From: a phage
Length of the DNA: 50,984 nucleotides
Sequence record: NC_100129.1
Reading direction: 5' to 3' (one strand)
Below the pieces are notes generated by a model. It was given only the letters and a program-made list of their open reading frames with translations. It ran no database searches and was not told the DNA's origin. The first letter of the stretch is position 1. Each line of letters opens with the position of its first letter. The position numbers and the translations under genes were made by a program. Below are positions 46,089-50,984 of the stretch, in pieces.

Positions 46089-46675
46089 TTGATTTTTGTG
46101 AAATGCCACTGCACGGTTTCTATGATTTCCTCCACCGTCTTTTCTGGCTCGCCATCGTGCAACGTGAAATCGTAATGCTTGAGGCGGTGATGATAGTCGC
46201 CCATGTCGATATAGTTTCGCGAGTCGCCATCGAACGTGTACCCCTCGCGATGCAGTCGGCAAATGTGCACTTTGTGACCTGCTTTAATCAGTGGCTTGAT
46301 TTCTTCTGGAAAGCCGCCGTCTGTTACGATAATTGCAAGGTCGCGGTACATTTCGTGAATCTGCTCAACCATTCTCCAGCCGAAATACTGTTCCCCAAAT
46401 GCTGGCTTCATTACCTCCTCGCTAATCCAGATCATGAACTGACGCGGTGATTTGCCCTGCAATATCACTTGAGGCTTTTCTTTCTGTTCCCGGTCGTTGT
46501 ACAAGTCCATAAATTCATCGTATCTGTACACACCAAGCATGGAGAACGCAATATCGAACATTGGCTGTTTGAATGATGCCTTAACTGCTGGGTATTGGTG
46601 TCCGGTAAGGTATGCCGCAATGGTGTCCTTTCCCACTCCAGGTGGCCCATTCAGGATAATGATGTCTCTTTTCAT
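46085..46675 (-). CDS. deoxynucleoside monophosphate kinase-like P-loop kinase (T4 gene 1-like)
   Basis: P-loop NGPPGVGKDT followed by YPAVKASFKQPMFDIA, resembling T4 dNMP kinase N-terminus as recalled. Confidence 0.6.
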   Translation of the reverse strand: MKRDIIILNGPPGVGKDTIAAYLTGHQYPAVKASFKQPMFDIAFSMLGVYRYDEFMDLYNDREQKEKPQVILQGKSPRQFMIWISEEVMKPAFGEQYFGWRMVEQIHEMYRDLAIIVTDGGFPEEIKPLIKAGHKVHICRLHREGYTFDGDSRNYIDMGDYHHRLKHYDFTLHDGEPEKTVEEIIETVQWHFTKIK

Positions 46676-46941
46676 TTTCTGCTCTCCACAAAAGTAATAG
46701 TCTCAACAAGTTTTGGATTAATCATGTCGCTTCGTCTAGGCTCTATGCTTGAGTCTTTATGCAAGCATCGGCCTTGCATAGCAATTTTATCTGCAAACTT
46801 TTTGCGCACACAGTCGAAGCCGTATTCATCCAGCTCTACGTTGTAGGCGACGTCTTCGCCATCAATGGACTCAATAGCGAATAGTGAATCCCTCATGTCG
46901 ATTCTGTCTATGGCCTGGAATATTTCAATTTTGCGTGTCAT
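46672..46941 (-). CDS. hypothetical protein (89 aa)
   Basis: ORF, translationally coupled to kinase gene. Confidence 0.45.
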   Translation of the reverse strand: MTRKIEIFQAIDRIDMRDSLFAIESIDGEDVAYNVELDEYGFDCVRKKFADKIAMQGRCLHKDSSIEPRRSDMINPKLVETITFVESRK

Positions 46942-47027
46942 TTCTTCGTCTCCTCGTCTGCTGTAACAACATGATGCTTTCCTCTTTCGTTGTTGATGGG
47001 CTTACTATAAAGCAAGCCCGATGGAAT

Positions 47028-47047
47028 GCTTTAACAAAAAGTGCTAT
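47028..47047 (-). promoter_or_regulatory. dyad motif copy (reverse orientation)
   Basis: Overlaps stop TAG of small ORF 47044-47205; hairpin GGGCTTGC..TAAGCCC follows. Confidence 0.55.
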
Positions 47048-47205
47048 TTACGAACGCATAACGCTGTTACATCCTTCCCACTATCTGACATGTGGAGAAC
47101 AACTTGCTTTCGCGCTTCCAGGCATCTTGATTCGCCGTGGAACTCCTGCGACTCAATAGCTGCGGAGTTGTAACTTGTGACAAAGATTAAAAGCAACCAA
47201 GTCAT
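47044..47205 (-). CDS. small secreted/membrane protein (53 aa)
   Basis: Manually read ORF MTWLLLIFVTSYNSAA...; ATG overlaps upstream stop (ATGA); its stop TAG lies inside dyad motif 47028-47047. Confidence 0.35.
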   Translation of the reverse strand: MTWLLLIFVTSYNSAAIESQEFHGESRCLEARKQVVLHMSDSGKDVTALCVRK

Positions 47206-47741
47206 TTTAAACACTCCAAGCCGTGAGATTGCAGGTGAGCGTGTGGCTTGTCGTATTCCGTGACCTGATAGGTTGTGATCCCCAGGCTGCGGAAGTGCTT
47301 AACCACGTTCGGCGAATCGTCAAAGGCGCAAACAATGTTGCCCAATCCAATAGCGCGCAAGGCTTCTTCTTTAATAACCGTATCCTTTCGGTTGTCCTCC
47401 TGGCGGCGCATGATGATTTCGTCAAACTTCACGCCGTTCTCATTCAACCATTTGCATGTTTCATAGCGCACTTCGTCGCTGCGTCCGGTCAGGATAATGA
47501 CGGCGAATCCTGATACCCATAAACCGTTAATAACAGCAATCGTGCTCTTAATCGGTGAATCTCCGGCGGCTGCCCTGTTAAATTCGCTCCACGATTCCGT
47601 AAGGTGCAAGTTTTCGGTTGGCAGCAAGTGCAAACGATGCGATCCGTCCGATAGCGTGCCATCCAGATCAACGATAACAATAGGCTTGCTGGTCATTAAT
47701 TCGTATTTCTTGCCCCATAGTTCGAAAGTGTATTTTTTCAT
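47202..47741 (-). CDS. HAD-superfamily phosphatase (nucleotidase / polynucleotide 3-phosphatase-like)
   Basis: HAD motif I IVIVDLDGTL, motif II-like ILTGR, C-terminal Asp pair (AFDDSPN). Confidence 0.6.
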   Translation of the reverse strand: MKKYTFELWGKKYELMTSKPIVIVDLDGTLSDGSHRLHLLPTENLHLTESWSEFNRAAAGDSPIKSTIAVINGLWVSGFAVIILTGRSDEVRYETCKWLNENGVKFDEIIMRRQEDNRKDTVIKEEALRAIGLGNIVCAFDDSPNVVKHFRSLGITTYQVTEYDKPHAHLQSHGLECLK

Positions 47742-47751
47742 ATATTAATCC

Positions 47752-47934
47752 TTAAAATGTTTTATGGATGTATTCAGCAGTAGCCACAAGCAAAATGATC
47801 CATCCTGGAATACTGAAGCAGGTCATAACGAATGAATTATCATAGCTCAGTCTGAATTTATGCCTCGCACAGTGGATAAGCCACGCAAAAAGAAACACAA
47901 TCCAGCCGAGAACAAGCCGAGTAAAATCATCCAT
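47752..47934 (-). CDS. small membrane protein (60 aa)
   Basis: Two hydrophobic segments. Confidence 0.4.
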   Translation of the reverse strand: MDDFTRLVLGWIVFLFAWLIHCARHKFRLSYDNSFVMTCFSIPGWIILLVATAEYIHKTF

Positions 47935-48167
47935 TATTGCACTTCCTCAAATTCCGCGTCTGTAACCTGCTCGAACTCTGCAACTAAGTTTTCAAACGCA
48001 ACGATCTCAGTTCCATTCTCGCCGTTAAGGTAAAACTTGTATCCGTTGTTGCAGTGAACATGATAAGAGTGACCATCTCTTGTGTCCTTTTTGCCCTGAT
48101 ACACCTTTCCAGGCGTGAAGAATGGTCGATTGCTCTTAACGCAAAGAAAATGCTGTTCAATAATCAT
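47934..48167 (-). CDS. hypothetical protein (77 aa)
   Basis: ORF with GGAGATAAAAAATG RBS after variant dyad motif. Confidence 0.5.
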   Translation of the reverse strand: MIIEQHFLCVKSNRPFFTPGKVYQGKKDTRDGHSYHVHCNNGYKFYLNGENGTEIVAFENLVAEFEQVTDAEFEEVQ

Positions 48168-48219
48168 TTTTTATCTCCTTCGTTGAAAGTGAGGCCATTA
48201 TACCTGGCCCCACATTTGA

Positions 48220-48239
48220 GTTTTAACAATTCGTGCTAT
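48220..48239 (-). promoter_or_regulatory. dyad motif copy, variant (ATAGCACGAATTGTTAAAAC)
   Basis: Overlaps stop TAG; hairpin with TATAAT in loop (GGCCAGGTATAATGGCC) downstream on minus strand. Confidence 0.55.
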
Positions 48240-48454
48240 TTCTCAACACACACAGTTTCATCATACCAACCCACCATTACGACCTTTCCGACAAGGTATG
48301 TGCCATAAACTTTTTTTCCTGTCGTGTGGCACTCAAGCTGTGATGACTTGTATATATAATACCCACAAACGCTGAAAAGTATGATAAATACAGTGAATAT
48401 AGAATATGCCATTATCTTGAATATTGATTCGGCGCTCATACTTTCACCTTCCAC
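48236..48454 (-). CDS. small membrane protein (72 aa)
   Basis: Central TM (IMAYSIFTVFIILFSVCGYYIY); stop TAG inside variant motif. Confidence 0.45.
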   Translation of the reverse strand: MEGESMSAESIFKIMAYSIFTVFIILFSVCGYYIYKSSQLECHTTGKKVYGTYLVGKVVMVGWYDETVCVEK

Positions 48455-49329
48455 TTAACCATCGTTCCGCGCTTGATGCTGATCTCACCTGCAACCGTCC
48501 GGTTTTTTGCGCCGCCGTAGTGAAGCAGAAGGATAACAACATCATCATGAATCTCAATCGTCTTTGGTGTAGCCGTTAATTCATACCATGTACCATCATC
48601 AAGCTGGACTCCTTTTAGCGTGGCTGCAACTGGCATATCTTCAATTGCGCCCTGCGTTACGATTTCTTGATAGGCAAAGTCGCTCTTGTCAATACGCCAG
48701 CCTCCAGGCGCTTTCATTTCGGCAGCCGCTTTGTGGATCTCCTCGCCAATGATTTGATGAATTGACGTCTTCCCGCCGCCGAATGGTGTTTCTCCAAATA
48801 AGTGTTTTGTAATATCTTCCACGTAGTACACCTTATCTTTTTCGTTGTGTGGATTGTATCTATTGTGACCATCAACAAAGAAATCAACTTTCAACTCTGA
48901 TTTCTGACCATCGCTATAAACGCCATTGTCGCGCGATGTGAAGCGAATCGTTGAATTACCAACCGTGTAGAACGTGATCGGGTACTTGATATTGTCCACA
49001 CTTAAGCACCACAGCTTTTTGTAGTCGCATGTTTTCATCTCGACCATCTGAATCTCTGCGCGTTCCGGTGAGCGCACTGGCAACACCTGGCCTTTATATG
49101 GCTTGTAGTGGAAGCTGGTATATCCTGGCATTGCATAGCCATAGTCTTTAAGGGAGTTGTAGTGCGTATTGTGTGCATCAATAAAGTGTTCAATCTCAAT
49201 TGTTGATGGGCTTAGTTTGTCGCTATTCATATCAACCTTATGGCATGTTTTTTCATCGGTAAAAATGTAATGACCAATGCCGCGAGATTCGAATGTGATC
49301 GGGAATTTAATGTCAGCAAGTTTTAACAT
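48436..49329 (-). CDS. hypothetical protein with internal tandem duplication (297 aa)
   Basis: Two ~95-aa N-terminal repeats (KFPITFESRGIGHYIFT / KYPITFYTVGNSTIRFT) plus Gly-rich C-terminal domain; function unknown. Confidence 0.55.
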   Translation of the reverse strand: MLKLADIKFPITFESRGIGHYIFTDEKTCHKVDMNSDKLSPSTIEIEHFIDAHNTHYNSLKDYGYAMPGYTSFHYKPYKGQVLPVRSPERAEIQMVEMKTCDYKKLWCLSVDNIKYPITFYTVGNSTIRFTSRDNGVYSDGQKSELKVDFFVDGHNRYNPHNEKDKVYYVEDITKHLFGETPFGGGKTSIHQIIGEEIHKAAAEMKAPGGWRIDKSDFAYQEIVTQGAIEDMPVAATLKGVQLDDGTWYELTATPKTIEIHDDVVILLLHYGGAKNRTVAGEISIKRGTMVKWKVKV

Positions 49330-49406
49330 GGTATTTCTCCTGATTGGTTTTGTGGGCGACGCCGTGCCGCCCTATGTGATTTATTATGCCTGGTTATCGT
49401 TTTCGA

Positions 49407-49426
49407 GTTTTAACAAAAAGTGCTAT
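49407..49426 (-). promoter_or_regulatory. dyad motif copy (reverse orientation)
   Basis: Exact copy; CATAAT 22 nt downstream on minus strand. Confidence 0.6.
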
Positions 49427-49612
49427 TTAGAATTTTACCTCTTCCACAAGCTCAACCATTTTGTAACCAAGACGATAAGAGTCACCAAACAACAAGATCC
49501 CCACAAATTCATCGTGGCTTATTGACTCTTTGTCAACCGTTCTAAGCTCGCCGTTGTGAATCACAGTATCGCCGATCTTGATTTCTGATTTATGGACTAA
49601 TTTCGTTTTCAT
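49427..49612 (-). CDS. hypothetical protein (61 aa)
   Basis: ORF in early cluster. Confidence 0.45.
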   Translation of the reverse strand: MKTKLVHKSEIKIGDTVIHNGELRTVDKESISHDEFVGILLFGDSYRLGYKMVELVEEVKF

Positions 49613-49627
49613 CTATTCACCTGCTAA

Positions 49628-49828
49628 TCAAAAGAAAGCTACATAGTTTGCAATGCCTTTGGCGTCGTCGTTTGGCATTGCTTTTACAGCCAGGTCATAA
49701 CCCGCCTCTACCTTCTGCTTTGCTGTTTCTTCGTTGTAGCCCCAGATAACCAGGATTTTAACTACGTTTTCTTTGTTCAGGACTTTAAGGTCTTTTGTGA
49801 TGCGACGTGCCATTTTTTGTTTCCTCAA
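49628..49828 (-). CDS. hypothetical protein (66 aa)
   Basis: ORF with GAGGAAACAAAAAATG RBS after dyad motif. Confidence 0.5.
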   Translation of the reverse strand: MRKQKMARRITKDLKVLNKENVVKILVIWGYNEETAKQKVEAGYDLAVKAMPNDDAKGIANYVAFF

Positions 49829-49870
49829 TCTCGTTTCGATGAGGCTATTATGCCAGGTTTTGCACCTGGC

Positions 49871-49890
49871 GTTTTAACAAAAAGTGCTAT
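49871..49890 (-). promoter_or_regulatory. dyad motif copy (reverse orientation)
   Basis: Overlaps stop TAG of lipoprotein gene; hairpin, CATAAT, CCTCATCGAAACGAG leader, RBS follow. Confidence 0.6.
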
Positions 49891-50150
49891 TTCACGCTTG
49901 TTGTGTTCTGGTAGTGACTAACCGACTTACCTTCGTTAGTTGACCAGTTTGCGCTACCCTGGCAGTTGGTAAAGTACACGTATCGGCTATCGCTGAACCT
50001 GTACACATCGCAACCATCGACTGTAAATAGTTTTCTGACGTTGTAAGTATCGGCAGGGTTAGCCATTTGTGCATCGACGTAAGCACCATCACCATTACAT
50101 CCGGTCAGGAATGCTGTTGCCATAAAAACCGCCATTAATGCCTTATTCAT
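49887..50150 (-). CDS. small lipoprotein (87 aa)
   Basis: Signal peptide plus lipobox FLTGC; GAGGAG RBS; start overlaps upstream stop region. Confidence 0.5.
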   Translation of the reverse strand: MNKALMAVFMATAFLTGCNGDGAYVDAQMANPADTYNVRKLFTVDGCDVYRFSDSRYVYFTNCQGSANWSTNEGKSVSHYQNTTSVK

Positions 50151-50151
50151 T

Positions 50152-50613
50152 TCATTTCTCCTCGTTAACAAGATTGCGGATCATTTCCTGGTAGCGGCTT
50201 ATTCCTTCGCAAGCTCCAGCCAGTTTATCGCCTTGCATATCGGTAACGTTCGGCATTGATGCAAGAATGCGCGCGGCGAATTTTTCCACCGCCTTTGCCT
50301 GGACTGCTGGCAAGTCCTCGCTCGTTATCACCTTGCGCTTAACGTCGCGATTCAGCGTTAGCACATACTCTTTATTGTCGTCAGTTTCCTCAGTCCTGAT
50401 TCGCACCGCGCCAACCGCTTTAACTTCCGGCACTCGGTTGATGATAGTGCGGCTGTATGCCTGGTTTTTGGTGATCTTGTAGTAATCGTCACCGCTTAGG
50501 CTTGATGCCAGGTCGGTAAGCGAGATCCTAAACTCTGAAAACTCACCACTTGCCAGGCGGCGGCCAATTTCCCGCAGCCATTCGCAATAGTCCTTAGATG
50601 TCTTTTGATTCAT
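50152..50613 (-). CDS. hypothetical protein (153 aa), first gene of long minus-strand unit
   Basis: ORF with AGGAGG RBS adjacent to the large non-coding control region. Confidence 0.5.
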   Translation of the reverse strand: MNQKTSKDYCEWLREIGRRLASGEFSEFRISLTDLASSLSGDDYYKITKNQAYSRTIINRVPEVKAVGAVRIRTEETDDNKEYVLTLNRDVKRKVITSEDLPAVQAKAVEKFAARILASMPNVTDMQGDKLAGACEGISRYQEMIRNLVNEEK

Positions 50614-50984
50614 GGTTAGCCTCCTGTTGACCAGTTGCCGCCCATTATAAGTGCCTTTTAATTAGTGTCAATGTTTATTTTGTCCGTATAACGTTCGCGT
50701 CCTGTTCGCGTTGCCGACGTTTTGAGATAATCGCTACATAACCACATGATTTGCAATAAGTTTTTGCCGCTTGTTTTCTTTCTGTTCGCGCTGTTAGCGT
50801 AATATCGCAATAAAAGTATATATACATACTCATTCCACCAGGCGCGCAACTATCCATATATATACCAACAAAGCGACACCGCAACCATCACATACCACAC
50901 TAACAACGCTAACAAGAAATAACACATAAATATATACATAAATAAATATTCTTTATTTTCAATGTATTATAAGGGATTTATTTT
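50614..50984. other. large non-coding control region at window end (continues at 1-360 if circular/permuted)
   Basis: Three GTTCGCG repeats (50693, 50704, 50784); inverted copies at 56-62 and 66-72; A/C-rich tract and second copy of AT-rich element near 50935. Confidence 0.6.

Noticed and set aside
46085-47741. Split polynucleotide kinase-phosphatase (PseT-like) tRNA repair system
   Set aside because: The kinase N-terminus resembles T4 dNMP kinase more than PseT, and no RNA ligase (KxDG) gene was seen; downgraded to a generic nucleotide-metabolism pair.
282-49890. Possible CRISPR array, because of the many copies of a ~20-bp repeat
   Set aside because: Copies are kilobases apart, in both orientations, at gene junctions and overlapping stop codons; nothing like regularly spaced direct repeats with short spacers.
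282-49890. Reading the motif as a plain sigma70 promoter with TTGTTA as -35
   Set aside because: Distance from TTGTTA to the -10-like hexamer is consistently 21-22 bp, not 16-18 bp, and a GC hairpin often lies between them; kept as a regulatory element of unresolved mechanism.
50658-50884. Two overlapping minus-strand ORFs (63 and 69 aa) in the terminal non-coding region
   Set aside because: No RBS, overlap each other and lie in the repeat-rich control region.
1-50984. Temperate lifestyle elements (integrase, CI-like repressor, attachment site) and tRNA genes
   Set aside because: No integrase/recombinase motifs, no repressor-operator pair of lambdoid type and no cloverleaf-like sequences were seen; the content matches a virulent T1-like phage.

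Overview
The window reads as a complete or near-complete genome of a virulent T1-like (Drexlerviridae-type) siphovirus of an enterobacterial host; this is inference from gene content and order, not a database hit. Layout: a plus-strand block of small early genes (361-7063) including a compact C5-cytosine-methyltransferase-like gene; a minus-strand block (7078-13648) with a lysis cassette (unimolecular spanin, endolysin, holin), Dam methyltransferase, VRR-NUC nuclease and SF2 helicase; a plus-strand block (13734-18250) with an HTH regulator, primase and tail fibre genes; a minus-strand recombination module (SSB, Erf, exonuclease; 18283-20562); a plus-strand three-gene cassette with a lipoprotein (21074-22238); and a long minus-strand unit (22265-50613) running small early genes, terminase, portal, head genes, tail genes, tape measure, lambda-like M/L/K/I and a J-like central tail fibre. 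No integrase, repressor, tRNA or CRISPR array was seen. The most notable non-coding signal is a ~20-bp dyad motif (TAGCAC-N4-5-TGYTA, usually atAGCACTTTTTGTTAAAAc) present in 21 copies at gene junctions on both strands. Other points: two long non-coding control regions sharing GTTCGCG repeats and an AT-rich palindromic element, a G-T type -1 frameshift site in the tail chaperone gene, and a homopolymer frame break separating a capsid-decoration-like paralog from its C-terminal domain. All functional calls rest on motifs and gene order read by eye; none was verified by search.
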